In this document: piece after piece, positions 1-12,780 of the stretch
Layout of the letters: the number at the start of each line of letters is the position of its first letter
Position numbering within the stretch: position 1 is the first letter of the stretch
NCBI RefSeq assembly: GCF_004010195.1
Contig: NC_057719.1
Coordinates: 8,357,788 to 8,411,424 of the forward strand
DNA from: Chiloscyllium plagiosum
Taxonomy: Eukaryota
Length of the DNA: 53,637 bases
Reading direction: 5' to 3'
Program-made: the position numbers and the translations under genes
Notes under the pieces: model-generated
The model's database searches: none
Told to the model about the DNA's origin: nothing
Seen by the model: the letters and a program-made list of their open reading frames with translations, nothing else

Positions 1-490
1 ACACACAACATGCATACACAGACACATAGCGTGCACACACAGACACATAACACGCACACACAGGCACATAACATGTGCACGCACACACACATACACATAA
101 CACACACACACAGACATACATAACACATGCACACACAAACGCACACACACATAACACACAGACACATGCAGACATGCGCACACACACACCCACAGAGTCA
201 AGAGTGTGGTGCTGGACAAGCAGAGCAGGTCAGGCAGCATTTGAGGAGCAGGAGAATCGACGTTTCGGTCATAAGCCTAGTCCTCGGGTGCTGCTGGACC
301 TGCTGTACCTTTCCAGCACCACACTCTCCACTCTGATCTCCAGCATCTGCTGTCCTCACTTTCTCCACATACAGAGACACACAGATACACATAACGCGCA
401 CACGCATGCACAGACACGCATACACAGACAAACACACACATACATAACACACAGACACAGACAGACATACATACATACACAGACACACAC
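1..490. repeat. Degenerate (CA)n/(CACAGA)n microsatellite, interrupted at 195-367
   Basis: Low-complexity CA-rich run; explains the His/Thr-rich and Val/Cys-rich ORFs here. Confidence 0.95.
195..367. mobile_element. Fold-back Penelope-terminus-derived element (family A), internally deleted
   Basis: AGAGTGTGGTGCTGGA... mirrored by ...TCCAGCACCACACTCT, plus tail CTCTGATCTCCAGCATCTGC..CCTCACTTTCTCC. Partial minus-strand hammerhead (ATCGACGTTTCGGTCATAAGCC). Confidence 0.85.
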
Positions 491-546
491 AATGCTGGAG
501 AAACTCAGCAGGTCTGGCATTTTCAAGTTTGATATGAGTTGTCTTG

Positions 547-925
547 AGTGGCACCGCAGCTCAGTGGTTAGCACTGCTGCCTCAAGTGCTAAGGACCTGG
601 GTTTGATTCCAGCCTTGGGTGACTGCCTGTGTGGAGGTTGTACGTTCTCTCTGTGTCTGCGTGAGTTTCCCCCAGGTGCTCCAGATTCTTCCCACATTCC
701 AAAGATGTTCAGGTTAGGTAGATTGGCCATGCTAAATTGCCCAAAGTGTCCAGGAATGTGCAGTCTAGATGGGTTAGCCGTGGGAAAGGTAGGGTTATGG
801 GAATAGTGTGTGTGTGTGTGGGGGAGGGGGGTGGGGGGATGGAGTCTAGGTGGAATGCATGTTGAAGAGTCAGTGTTGGCTTGTTGGGCCGAATGGCCTG
901 TTTCCACATTGTAGGGATGCTATGA
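547..925 (+). mobile_element. tRNA-derived V-SINE (HE1-like)
   Basis: A box-like GCAGCTCAGTGG, B box-like GGTTTGATTCC, body ending GGATTGGCCATGCTAAATTGCCC-type; about 10 related copies in the window. Confidence 0.9.
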
Positions 926-932
926 ACCCTAG

Positions 933-1035
933 AGATTCGGCAGAAGAGTCATATTGAACTCAAAATGTTAATTCTGTTTCTCTCTCCACAAATACTGCCA
1001 GATCTGCTGAGTTTCTCCAGCACTCTTTGTGTTTC
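933..1035 (+). mobile_element. Family C Penelope-like terminus remnant with decayed hammerhead; inverted partner arm at about 485-520
   Basis: GAAGAGTCATATTGAACTCAAAATGTTAA followed by CTGCCAGATCTGCTGAGTTTCTCCAGCA, whose reverse complement lies at 493-518. Same family as 41288. Confidence 0.65.
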
Positions 1036-1279
1036 CTGTGAATTGCACTCTGACAATAATCTGATAATGTCAAAGTGGTTTTGTGAGGTTGATCAAGTGT
1101 TAAATATTTGGCAGAACACTAGAGATGACACCTCAGATATTTTTAAATGGTGCATCCAAAACTTTACTATCCACTTGAGAGGGAACATGGGGTTTTGTAT
1201 TGTTGCATCATCCTTGAGATGACACCTCCAATGGAGGAGCAGCACTCTCTCATCAATCACTAGGGGATCTGCCCTTCAT

Positions 1280-1680
1280 TTTTATATTCATTTTGTGAGA
1301 TGTGGGCATCGCTGCATGGCCAGAATTTAATGCCTGTCCCTAGTTGCCCCTTGAGAAGGTAAGCTGTCTTCTTAAACCACTGCAGTCCACCTGCAGTGGG
1401 TTGACCCACAATGCCATGAATGAGGGAATTCCAGGATTTTGACCAGCGACAGTGAAGGAACGGTGATATATTTCCAAGTCAGGAAGGGAAGTTGAAAGTG
1501 GTGGTGTTTCCATGTATCTGCTGCTCTATCACTATGTATTTCCCATGGCTAATCCACCTAGCCCGTTCAACTCTGGACGCTACTGATCAAATCCAGGTCG
1601 TGTTTTGGAAGGTGCTGCCTGAAGATCTTTGACAAATTTATGCAGTGCATCCTGTAGATGGTCCACACTGCTGCTACTAG
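1280..1680 (-). mobile_element. LINE 3' fragment (clade not assigned)
   Basis: 3' tail is shared with the SINEs at 13025, 27395 and 47503 (GATGTGGGCATCGCTG..GGCCAG.ATTTA.TGCC). Confidence 0.6.
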
Positions 1681-1922
1681 ATCAAGTGCTCAAGTCTCTG
1701 TATTGTGACCATCTCCCCACACATTTCTAATTCATCGGTGAGAGTTCTTCCAACTGAGCCTAGCTTACAATAAGCCGATCATCTGCTTTTTTCAGTGATG
1801 CTCTTTGGGAGATAAATGTTACTTCGGACCCTGGGGAGCATCTTTGATATGGCTCCTGGGGATCTTCAACCTTGAACTGAATAGAAACGGTATAGTGGTG
1901 TTAAACTATATATGATCACAGC

Positions 1923-2082
1923 GTGTCTGTGTGTGTGTGTGTGGATGTGTGTGTGTCTGTGTACGTGTATGGGTGCGTGTGTGTGGGTGTCCATGTGTGT
2001 CTGTGTGTCTGTGTGCGTGCGAGTGTCTGTGCATGCAGGTGTCTGTGCGTGTCTATGTGCGTGTGTGTGAGTGTGTGTGTGT
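1923..2082. repeat. (TG)n microsatellite
   Basis: Direct inspection. Confidence 0.95.
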
Positions 2083-2754
2083 TTTATTCCTGTCGCTGTA
2101 AATTATTTCCTGCACACTACAAAATATCAGACTCCTCCCTTATAAAAGGAAATGTGATTAGTTAGTCAACCATTATGGGTTTTTGGATATACTGTACATA
2201 ACCTGCCCAGAGTAATCCAGTGAATTTGCATAAGATTTGCTATTTTCTTTCTAAAAAAACAGTTTATTAGCAATATGATTATGATCTGTAATTTGTACCT
2301 TCGCTTAGTTCACTGGCCCATTGCATCTAATGAAAAGCTCTTGCAGATCTTATTGCATGCTATCTGCACATAAATAGCGGGTTCAATTCAGTGGAAATGG
2401 AGCATAGCTTCTGCACTAAAGATCATTTGGATAGTTTCAAAGGTGCTTTATGCAGGAATCTGAAGCAGCAGGGAAGGCTCATTAGGGCTCGACAAGCCAT
2501 ATCTCCATTTGACTGATCAGGATGTTGGTTGCAGAGATTAAAACAAACCATTATGATTATTCAACTCCTTATCCATTTTATTTCCAGAAATGTATCCAGC
2601 CTGTGGTGTAGGTCCAGTTATCATACTTGAATCTATGATTCAGATTTGGTTTTAGTGAGGCTATCAGCAAAATTCATTGAGAGACTTAACTTTATGTGGA
2701 ATGGTATTGCCATACCTATCAGTAGAAAAATGAACTTAGGGAAACATGTGGTGC

Positions 2755-4650
2755 TAACCACCAACAGGTTCCCTGGACCTGATGGGATGCACCCTAGGAT
2801 TTTAAAGGCAGGAGCTACAGAAATAGAACATAGAACAGTACAGCTCAGGAACAATGTTGTGCTGAACATGACGCCAACTGAACCTAATCCCTTCTGCCTG
2901 CCCTTGGTCTATATCCCTCCATTCCTTGTATATTCATATGCTTATCTAAAAGTCCCTTAAATGCCGCTTTCGTATTTGCCTCCTCTACCACCCCTAACAG
3001 TGTGTTCCAGACTCCTGTCACTCTCTGTGTAAAAAAACCTGCCCCTCACATCACTTTTGAACTTTCCCCCCTCATCTTAAATGCATGACCCACAGTATTA
3101 GACATTTCAACTCTGAGAAAAAGGATTCTGACCGTCATCAATGGGCAATTTTCAGGATGGCGACCTTAGTGTAAGCAGTGGTGTGCCATAAGGATCGTTC
3201 TGGGGCCAGTTATTTATAATACACGAGTGAGGGAAGTGAATGTTTTGTCTCCAAGTTTGTGGATGATACCAATGTAGGTGGGAAGGCATGTGGAGATGAT
3301 GACTGAAGTAGTATACCCCGGAGGGAAATAGACAGATTAAGCGAGTGAGCCAAAACTTTGCAAATGGAAACAGACCCTTAGGTCCATGCTGAACATAATC
3401 CCCAACTAAACTAGTCCCATCTGCCTGTTCCTGGCCCATATCCCTCCAAACCTTTCCTCTTCATGGAATTATCCAAATGATTTTTATTTTTTATACTTGT
3501 ACCCACATCTACCACTTCCTCACATGAACCACCCTCTGTGCAAAACATTTGACCCTCATGTTCTTTTTAAGTCTGTCTTCACTCATCTTAAAAATGCGTC
3601 CCCATTCCTGAAATCCTCTATCCTATGGAAAAGACAACTCCCATTAACCCTAACTCTACTCCTTATTATTTTATAAAATTTGATTAGATCATCCCTCAAA
3701 CCTCCTATGTTCCAGTGAGAAAGGTCCCAGTGTGACCAGTCTTTTTTTTATAACTCAAACCCTCCATTCCTGGTAACATCCTGGTAAATCTCTTCTGAAC
3801 CCTCTCCAGTTTAATAGCATCCTTCCTATAACAGGGCGACCAGAACTGGACACAGTGCTCCAGAAAAGGCCTCACCAATGTTTTATGATGTGGGAAAATG
3901 GGAGGTTATACACTTTGGTAGGAAGAATAGAGAAGCTGACTATTATTTAAATGGAGAAAGATTACTTAAAGCTGCAGCAAGAGGAATTTGGAGGTGCCAG
4001 TGCCTGATTCATGAAAAGCTAGGATCCAAACTCAGTGTGAAATAGGGATTTTGAATGGGATGTTGTCCTTTATTTCAAAGGGAATGGAGTATAAAAATAG
4101 AGAGATCTTGCTAAAACTATACAAGGGACGAATTAGACCACAGCTGGAATACTGTGAGCAGTTTGGGTCCCTTATCTAAGGAAAGGTGTGTTGGCATTGG
4201 TGGTAGTCCAGGGAAGGGTCACCCGACTGATTGTGGATATGGAGAGACTGCCTTTTGATGACAGGTTCATTAGGTTGGGCCTGTACTCATTGGAACTTTG
4301 AAGAATGAGAGGAGACCTCATTGAAACATAACATTTTCTCAAGGAACACAACAGGATAGAGAGGATGCATTCCCTTCAGGGAGAGTCTTGGTTTGGGGGT
4401 ACATTAAGGAATTGAGGCAGAATTCCTTCTCTCAGAAGGTCAGCCATGTTTGGAATTCTCTCCTCTCAGTGAGAGGTGGAAGCTAGGTTGTTGAATAGAT
4501 TCAACATTGAATTAGACGGATTTTTGACCCAAAAGGGAGTCAAGGGTTATGAGGGGACAGGCAGGAAGTTAAGCTCTTCATAAGGTCAGCTCTCATCCTG
4601 TTGACTGGCAGAAGAGGGCTGAGAGACCTAATACTCTAAATACCTGCTCA
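2755..4650 (+). mobile_element. Decayed CR1 ORF2/3' mosaic, interrupted by minus-strand CR1 3' fragments (about 2825-3135 and 3365-3885)
   Basis: PGPDGMHPRILK, decayed SGVP.GS..GP, HFGRKN and RPQLEYC motifs on +; (AGAACAT) tail and reverse CR1 3' UTR in the inserts. Confidence 0.8.
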
Positions 4651-5094
4651 TGTTTCATACATTGTTAAACAGGAAGCATCATTCCACAGATGTGACTTGG
4701 TGCTGGTGTGACACTTCCCTGCCGTATCACTGCACCAATACTTCACTGCACTTGGGTAAAGCTTTCCCTATTGCTCACAAAGATCTCCAAGCCACACTGC
4801 TCTGCAGCTTGAACTTGTGCCAATCTAGTGAGAAAATATCGTTCAATACTAATTCAGCATTTCCTAATTGGTTTGCAATGATTTGTTTCAGGATAAAGCA
4901 ATACATCACCCTAATGCATTTTGAATAGAGAGATGTTAAAAGCGGTCAGGATAACTTTGTCACTGGCAGAAATGTTTGTAAGAACCCTTTCGTTTAATGA
5001 CATTGCTTGAGATCCTGTTGACAACAGAATGATAGGAAAATGCAGAGTCACTCAAATTCTCTGCCCATTTGCATCATTGGTAAGGGAAGTTTAT

Positions 5095-5702
5095 TTAAGG
5101 AAAGATATTAATTCATTGGAGGCAGTTCAGGGAAGGTTTACTAGATACAGATGGATTGTCTTATGAATAAAGGTGAAAAAGTTTGGGACTCTCCTCACTG
5201 GAGTTTAGAAGAATGAGAGATGATTACATTGAAAAATACAGGATTCTTTAAAGGCAAATACTGAAAGAATGCCTCCCTCCATAGCAGAGTCGGGGACCAG
5301 AGGGTATGGTCTCAGAATAAAGAGGCACAATTTCAGACTGAGATGAGGAGGAATTTCTTCTCTCAGAGGATTGTGGGTCTTTGGAACCCCTTTCCACAGT
5401 TAGAGCTGTGAGGGCAGAGTCCGAGTGTATATTTGCAGTTGAGATAGATAGATTCATGATCAGTTGGGGGATCAAGGGTAATGCAGGAGAATGGGGTTGA
5501 GAAACACATGATTGAATGTTGGAGCGGACTGGATAGGCTGAATGGCCTAATTCTGATCCTTTATCTTAAGGTCTTATGGGGAAATGGCAGGAAAATGGCT
5601 GTGAAGAATGTTGGATCAGCCACGATCCTATTAAATGGTGGAGTTGGCTCAATGGGGTCAAATGGTCTATTAGTTTTACTATTTCTTATACTCTTATGGT
5701 CT
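5095..5702 (+). mobile_element. CR1 LINE 3' end(s)
   Basis: SLEFRRMR and NFFSQR motifs, followed by CR1 3' UTR with TCTTATGG tail. Confidence 0.85.
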
Positions 5703-6454
5703 AAGATTGCTAAAGTCTTTTGTAGCCAACTCTAGATACCCTGAGAAAGTAATAATACAATTGAATAGCTGAAGCTGCTTAAGAGGACCATTCAGAATCA
5801 ACCATGATAATATGGGACTGGAGTCACATATGGGCCCAGACTAGGAAGGACAGCAGCACTATTCCAGAGGATGTCCCTATTGAAGCAGTTGGTTATCACC
5901 TTCACCACTACTTTTACTGAGACCAACAGCTTAAAAATAGGTTAAGGTTCACAATTTGAGCTCTTGTTCTGTGAATTATCAGTCCTCATCTCCTTAATAT
6001 GCAACCACACCCCGTTGGGTTTAGATCTTTGCTATTGCTCTGCCCAGGGCATTTCCAACTAGCTCCTTTGCTGTGGGAACTGAAGGTCAGATTCATTCCC
6101 ACAGGGCTGGTTGATGTAAATTGTTCATGAACTGGTCTTGTATCCCACTCCTAGTGAAGGCGGTTGGGAGCAAGCGTGTTTTTCCTCCACTCCCTCTTCG
6201 GTGCAGTCTATATTTGGTTCAGTGAAAGAAAAGAGGAAGTGCTGCACGTGGAGGTGGAAAAGGCAAGGAGAGTTAAGAGATTTCATATTGAGGGAGTGCT
6301 GCCTGTGCAGAGATATCATTGCTCGCATTAAGCCCAGGTCCCACCTACTGCTTCAGAAATTCCAAAGCACGACTTTGAAAAGGAACCGGGTAGTGATCCC
6401 TCATGCACTGGCCAACATTTCTTTCTGAGCTATCATCACTGAAACAGATAATCG

Positions 6455-7200
6455 CTGGTGGTTCAGTGGTTAGTACTTCTGCCTCACAGTGTCAGGGACC
6501 CAGGTTTGACTCCACCCTCAGGTCACTGTCTGTGTGGGGTTTGCACGTTCTCCTTGCGTCAGCGTGGGTTTCCTCTGGATGCTCCGGTTTCCTTTCGCAG
6601 TCCAAAGATGTGCAGGTCAGGTGAACTGGCCGTGCTAAATTGCCCATAGTGTCCAGGAGTGTAAAGGCTATGTGGATTAGCCATTGGAAATGCAGGGTGA
6701 CGGACGTAAGTCAGGGGGCTTGGGTCAGGGTGGGATACTCCTTGGACAGTTGGTGTGGATTTGTTGGGCTGAATTAGAAGCAAAAAAAGCTGCAGATGCT
6801 GGAATCCAAAGTAGACAAACAGGAGAAGAAGGCAATGTTTTGGGTGTAAACCCGTCTTCAGGACTGGCTGAAGAAGAGTTATATCTGAAATGTTGACTTT
6901 GCCACCTCCTGAAGCTGCCTGGCTTGCTGGGGTGTGTTCTTTCAAGATTAGAGTGGTGCTGGAAAAGCACAGCAGGTCAGGCAGCATCGGAGGAGCAGGA
7001 AAATCAAGATTTCAGGCAAAAGCCCTTCATCAGGAATTCTTGGATGCTGCCTGACCTGCTGTGGCTTTTCCAGCACCACTCTAATCTTGACTCTGATCTC
7101 CAGCATCTGCAGTCCTCACTTTCACCTGTGTGTTCTTTCAGCCTCCTGTTTGTCTTCAATGGGCTGAATGGCCTCTTTCTGCACTGTACGGATCCTACGA
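6455..7200 (+). mobile_element. V-SINE whose 3' end is split by nested fold-back elements
   Basis: SINE body 6455-6774 resumes at 7160 after TSD TGGGCTGAAT. Confidence 0.85.
6775..7159. mobile_element. Family B fold-back element with head-to-head decayed hammerheads; hosts a family A fold-back at 6945-7127
   Basis: Outer TSD TGGGCTGAAT (6765-6774 / 7160-7169); inner TSD GTGTGTTCTTTCA (6932-6944 / 7128-7140). Confidence 0.85.
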
Positions 7201-7751
7201 TCACACTAATGCTTGTGAAAGCTTGCAGGGCATAAATTGAACATTGGGTTCCATCCGTTGTAGCAGTGTTATGACCTAGAGACAGACAGATAAACCAAAG
7301 CAATCTGTTTATCTCTGTATTTGTAAATTAAATCCTGAATAGTCCCTCCAGTGGGTCCTAACCAGACTTTTGAATAACCAGTCACAGTCTTTGTGAACAA
7401 TTAATTTCCAGGCACCCTTTTTTGTACCTGGAACAAAAGCCTTAACAATTTATTAAATACAAACTGACATGAACGGAGTGAAAATTAAGCAGCATGGAAG
7501 CTGATTATCATCTGCGCTTTAAACCTGAAACATTTGCTTTCAGTTCCATTTGGACAGACAGACAAATGAACATAGTTAATAAATAAATAAAATTGCTTAA
7601 GTGGCTTTCACAGTGAATTGTTTTCCAGGCATAAATGTGGACTCCTTGTTGGTTTATCCTGAAACATTGATCAGAGTCACCTCAGTTAACCCAGGCAAAG
7701 GCAGAAAGGTCTGAAGCAGCCAGCTTTCCTCTCTTTGTGCTTTCAGAAGCT

Positions 7752-8055
7752 TAGATTAGATTCCCCACAGTTTGGAAATAGGCCCTTTGGCCTAACAAGT
7801 CTATACTGGCCCTCCAAAGAGTAACCCACCCAGACCCATTGTCCTACCCTATATTTACACCAACTTGGCAATTTAGCATGCCCCATTCCCCTGATCTGCG
7901 CATCTTTTGGGTTGTGGGAGGAAACGGGAGCACACCCACACAGACACAGGGAGAATGCGCAAACTCCACACAGACAGTCACCCCAGGCTGGAATCGAACC
8001 CAATTCCCTGGCGCTGTAAGGCAACAGTGCTAACCACTGAGCCACCATGCCACCC
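7752..8055 (-). mobile_element. V-SINE (HE1-like)
   Basis: Reverse complement of the SINE at 547; head CAGTGCTAACCACTGAGCCACC. Confidence 0.9.
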
Positions 8056-8269
8056 CGAGTGTAGCAGATTAAGCACGGAGCTTTCAATTCGTCGTGTAGC
8101 CTCTGCAGTATTCCAGAAAGCATAGTACTGAGAAACAGTTTTAATTCTGGTTCCTCTCTGATTGTCTCTCCCCAAGAACCTCGGACCACTATTTGATGAC
8201 TGGCATCTGCTTGAATCTGCCTTCAGATTGACTGGCGCCAGCTACTGCCAACCTCTGCTATCTGTTTAA

Positions 8270-8690
8270 ACGTCAACTGCACCTGGAGGACCATCAACTC
8301 AGTGAAAGATGTCTCTTTGGTCTGCCCAAAGCTTGTTGGTCTTCCGTTGTAAGGGGTTGATCCTGACCGGGTCACACATTCCAAGCTTCACGACTATGTG
8401 CTGAGGGACGTATCCCACTGAAGCTTGAAGTACCTGCTGCCAAGGAGCAGTGGGGAAAGACCACCGTCTGAGATCTTTCTGCCAAAGTACAACCAGAGTT
8501 GCTTTCGTTGTCAGACTCCACTCTTCGTTTCAATGTATAGAAATAGTTTCCTGCCTGAGTAAGAAATGCCTTTGGTTTCTGCAACTGCAGGGAATGTCAA
8601 ATTCCAATGGTCCGCAAAGACTGTACAGAGCTGCTTTAATACTTGTGAATGTAGATAATCGTTTTTTATGAATAAAATATATTTTTGCAA
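8270..8690 (+). mobile_element. Tx1/L1-group LINE 3' end
   Basis: NCTWRTINSVKD..HSKLHDYVLRD..AAKEQWGKTTV* followed by 3' UTR ending TTTTTATGAATAAAATATATTTTTG; second copy at 15558. Confidence 0.75.
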
Positions 8691-9134
8691 TAACATAAGA
8701 TTCTGTTTAAATGCAACGCACTTCCCGGGGGGGTCACTGTGTTTGTTCGAACCTTTTTAATTAACGCTCAGCACACAATTAGCCTCTGGGCCTGCCCTCA
8801 CACACAGACAAAACTTGTGTGGTCTGTTCTTTGCTTTTTAACTCAGGCTGTCCCATAGTCCATCACTCACATCTGGCTCATAAATCAACATTGATAAAAG
8901 AATAAACTAAAAATCATGAAAACTTAAGATTCTAACGACAGTGATTGGATTCCAAAAATCTCTGTATTGTTTGCAAAGCACTTTAAACTAGAGATAAGGG
9001 CAAGATTAGGCCATTTGGCTTATTGACCCTCCACATTCAGTACAATTGCAGCTGATTTTAGGATTCAACTCCAATTTCCCACCAACTGTCCTGATCCCTT
9101 GATTCCCTAAGAGACCAAAAATTTGTCTATCAAG

Positions 9135-9890
9135 GAGTGTGTGTGAGAGAGAATGTGTACATATGAGTGAGCAAGTTTGTGTTTGAGACGGTGTGTGTGT
9201 CTGTGAGAGAGCATCTATGTGTGTTTGTAAGACTGTGTGTATGTGTGCGAGAGTATATGTGTATGTGCGTGAGAGAGAGTGTATGTTTGTGTGCATGTGA
9301 GACAGTATATGATTAGATTACATACAGTGTGGAAACAGGCCCTTCGGCCCAACAAGTCCACACCGACCCTCCGAAGAGCAACCCACCAGACCCAGTCCCC
9401 TACATTTACCCCTTCACCTCACACCATGGACAATTTAGCATGGCCAATTCACCTAACGTGCACATTTTTGGACTGTGGGAGGAAACTGGAGCACCCGGAG
9501 GAAACCCACGCAGACACGGGAAGAATGTGTAAACTCCACGGAGACAGTTGCCTGAGGCGGGAATTGAACCCAGGTCTCTGGCGCTGTGAGGCAGTAGTGC
9601 GAACCACTGTGTCGCCCATGTGTATGAGTGTGTCTGTGAGAGAGTGCATATGTGTTTTGAGACTATGTATTTGTGTATATGTGTGCATGTGAGAGATTGT
9701 GTGTTTGAGAGAATGTGTGTGAAAGAGTGTATGTGTGTATGTAAGAGAGATTGTGTGTTTGAGAGATAATGTGCGTGTGTGAGAGAGTGTATGTGTGTGT
9801 GTCTGTGAGAAAGAGAGTGTGTGTGTGTGAGGGTGTATGTATATGTGAGACAGTGTGCATGAGAGTGAATGTGTGAGAGAGAATATGTAA
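9135..9890. repeat. Degenerate (TG)n/(GA)n microsatellite with a SINE inserted
   Basis: Direct inspection. Confidence 0.9.
9311..9617 (-). mobile_element. V-SINE (HE1-like)
   Basis: Reverse-complement SINE body and tRNA head. Confidence 0.9.
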
Positions 9891-10996
9891 CCAGTCCACA
9901 CGTGTGAATCAAACATATGTGCATGCAAACATTTTTGGACATCTTGTGCTATCCTGAGTTTGTGACAGTTGCTATATAACTGTAGTGAGGCCCCACAGAG
10001 CTGACTAGCAGATGCCAACTTTGGGTTCCTTAAAGAGGCTCTGACTAACGCTGACTGACCGGCCACACTCCTGACAGTACAGCACTTCCTCAGTCCTGCA
10101 CTGGAAAGGTCAGGCTGGACTGGGGATTGAACCGGTGACTTTCTGACCCAGAGCACCATCCAGTGAGCTATAGCCAATTCAAAGTGGGCACTGTGTGGGT
10201 GACCCTCGATATAGCAGGTGACTTGGCAACATCAGCAGGCGATGTGGTAACATATGATTAAAAAGGGAAACCATCAGAGCTTGGACAGAAAATTTCCAAC
10301 CTCATAAAAAATGGATTTCAATTGCAATTGAGGTCTTTGTACAGATTGCTTTCAAAGGCATTTGCCTTCATGCAATAGACAAACCAAGGTTATTTCTCCT
10401 GCAGCTTTATTTATATGTTAATGCTGTCTATCTGTAGCAGAAGCCTGAATTAGGGGCCTCATTTATTCTACAGATATATTTTTCTTGCAAATATCTGAAC
10501 ACCTCTGATATATTAACAGGAGAGAGAGTGTGAGCGAGCGAGAGAGAGAGAGAGAGATCTGTTACTGAACAGAATGCCACAATACAGGTAGAATTGCTGA
10601 GGTGGTTTACTGGGGACATCACACAGTTTGCAGGATTCCTGCACAACACTGTTCCATCCTTTTCTGATGATGATTCAGGAGAAGTCGAGACCTCTTGATG
10701 CAGCTTCTTGCGTCGAAGTATGAGATTGACCTTTGGAGCCTGGGAAGGGTGATTGCTGGAAAGGGTTTTGTCTTTGGGAGACTGCAGGATGTAAGAAAGA
10801 AGCTAAATGTGCCGAGCTGGTATTTTAGCAAAGGAAGGCTCCCATTTATTCAATGTCTTCCACAACCTGAAGACGCCCTAAAGTTCCCTTCAACTGGTGA
10901 AAACCGAGGGAAACACAGCAGCCAGTTTGAGCACAGCAAGCTCCCTTGCACAACAATGATTGGAAAATCACAGATCTGTTTTGTGTCACAGATGCA

Positions 10997-11630
10997 TTGA
11001 GTTGAATTGAATTGAATTGAATTTATTGTCACATGTACCAAGGGACAGTGAAAAGCTTTGTCTTGCGAGCAAAACAGGCAGATCACAGTTATGTAACATA
11101 AATAAGTAAATAATAGGTAAACAGCGGCAAAAACAAAAACACAGGTACAGGCGAATGCTCAGAGTTTGTGAGTCCATTCAGTATTCTAACAACAGTAGGG
11201 TAGAATTTTGAAACCGCTGGTGCGTGTGTTCAGGCTGCTGTACCTTCTCCCTGAAGGTAGAGGTTGTAGAAAAACATTTCCAGGGTGGGATGGATCTTTG
11301 AGAATGCTGGCGGCCTTTCCTTGACAGTGGGCCTGGTAGATGGATTCTATAGATGGGAGGTTGTCCTTTGTGATTGTCCAGGCCAAGTCCACCACTCTCT
11401 GTAACCGTCTCCGATCTTGAATGGTACAGTTGCCATACCAGGGAGTGATACATCCAGACAGAAATCTCTCGATGGCGCACTTATAAAAGTTGGCAAGGGT
11501 ATTTGCCACCATGCCAAATTTTCTCAGCTGCCTGAGGAAGAAGAGACATTGTTGGGACTCTGTAACCAGTGCATCTATATGAAGAGTCCAAGAAAGCCTG
11601 TTGTGGATGACCACTCCCAGGAACTTGACA
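10997..11630 (-). mobile_element. Rex1/Babar-type LINE 3' fragment
   Basis: ORF 11186-11614 LSWTLHIDAL..QCLFFLRQLRKFG..FYKCAIERFLSGCITPWYGNC; AATAAA plus (ATTCA)n tail. Confidence 0.85.
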
Positions 11631-12780
11631 CCATTTGGCCCATCATGCCTATACCTGTTCTATTCCCCAGTGCCAATCTCTTCACTTTTCTCCCCATATC
11701 TCTTCACACTATTTCTATCCAAATAATCATCCAATGCGCTTTTGAATTGACCCTGCTTCCACCACGTTTCTGGGACGTTGACTCCATACTCTAGTGACAC
11801 GCTGCACAAGAAAGGTTTTTCTCACAGCACCCTTGTTTATTTTGCACATGACTTTCAACCTACGCCCTGCCATTCTTGCTCAAATCTCCTTTTTCAGTCT
11901 GTCGTGATAATGAAAACTGCGATCAAATCTCCTCTCAGTCTTCTCTCCAGGGAGAACAGTCTTAACTTCTTCAATCTTTCCTCATCGTTGTCGTTTCTCA
12001 ATCTTGTAAATTGATTCTTGGTTTCAAATTGGTTTTTAGTGATGTTGGTTAGACCATAAATCAGTAGTAGGCCACTTGGCCCATTGAGACCACCTTGCCA
12101 TTCAATAAATCCTGACCATTTTGATAATCCTCAATTCCACTTCTCTGCCTTTTACCCTTAACCTTTGATTCCCTTATTGATCAGAAAATTAATGGTTCTG
12201 GGATAAGTATTGGCCACAACGATTAAGAGCAGGATTAAGTCATCTTCCTTCCACCATTCAGCAAGTTCACGGCTGATCTGATTGTGGCTTCAACCCCACT
12301 TTCATGTGTGGCCTCCATGATCTCTGACACCTGAGTTGATCCAACTAATTCAGCCTGAAATGTACTCAATGATGTAACCTCCATTCCTCACTAGGGAGGA
12401 GTGTTCCAAAATCTCTGAGAGAAGAAATTCCTCCTCAGCTCTGTTTTAAATGGAAAACCACCCCCATTTCTTTAAACTGTGACAATGGGGAGAACTCCCT
12501 GGCACATCTGCAAACAGCGTCATGAAATCTATTATTGATCACCCAAGAATAGATTCCGGTTTAATGTCTTATTGGATGGATGTGACCTCTGACAGTGCAG
12601 CACTTCCTCAGTACTGCTCAGTCATGCAGCATGGAAACATACCCTTCGGTCCAACTAGTCCACGCCGACCATGTTCCCAAACTGAACTAGTCCCACCTGC
12701 CTGCGTTTGGCTCATGTCCCTCCAAATCATTCCTTTTCATATGCTTATCCAAAGGTTACTTAAACACTGTAACTGCTCTT
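11630..12780 (-). mobile_element. Several decayed CR1 3' fragments and a DeuSINE remnant
   Basis: Reverse CR1 3' UTR motifs such as CTGAGAGAAGAAATTCCTCCTCA and CCCTTCGGTCCAAC. Confidence 0.6.

Noticed and set aside
547..620. tRNA genes at the SINE heads
   Set aside because: A/B boxes continue into SINE bodies and there is no complete cloverleaf
75..806. 243-aa His/Thr-rich ORF (and similar ORFs at 9406-10177 and 14952-15299)
   Set aside because: Read-through of CA/TG microsatellite and SINE sequence
6125..6430. Short ORFs and exon-like signals on both strands
   Set aside because: No recognisable homology and no convincing acceptor/donor pair
7267..8940. Large minus-strand LTR hosting the SINE and Tx1 pieces
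   Set aside because: Only a TGTTATG start and TTTATT support it; the other end and a TSD could not be established
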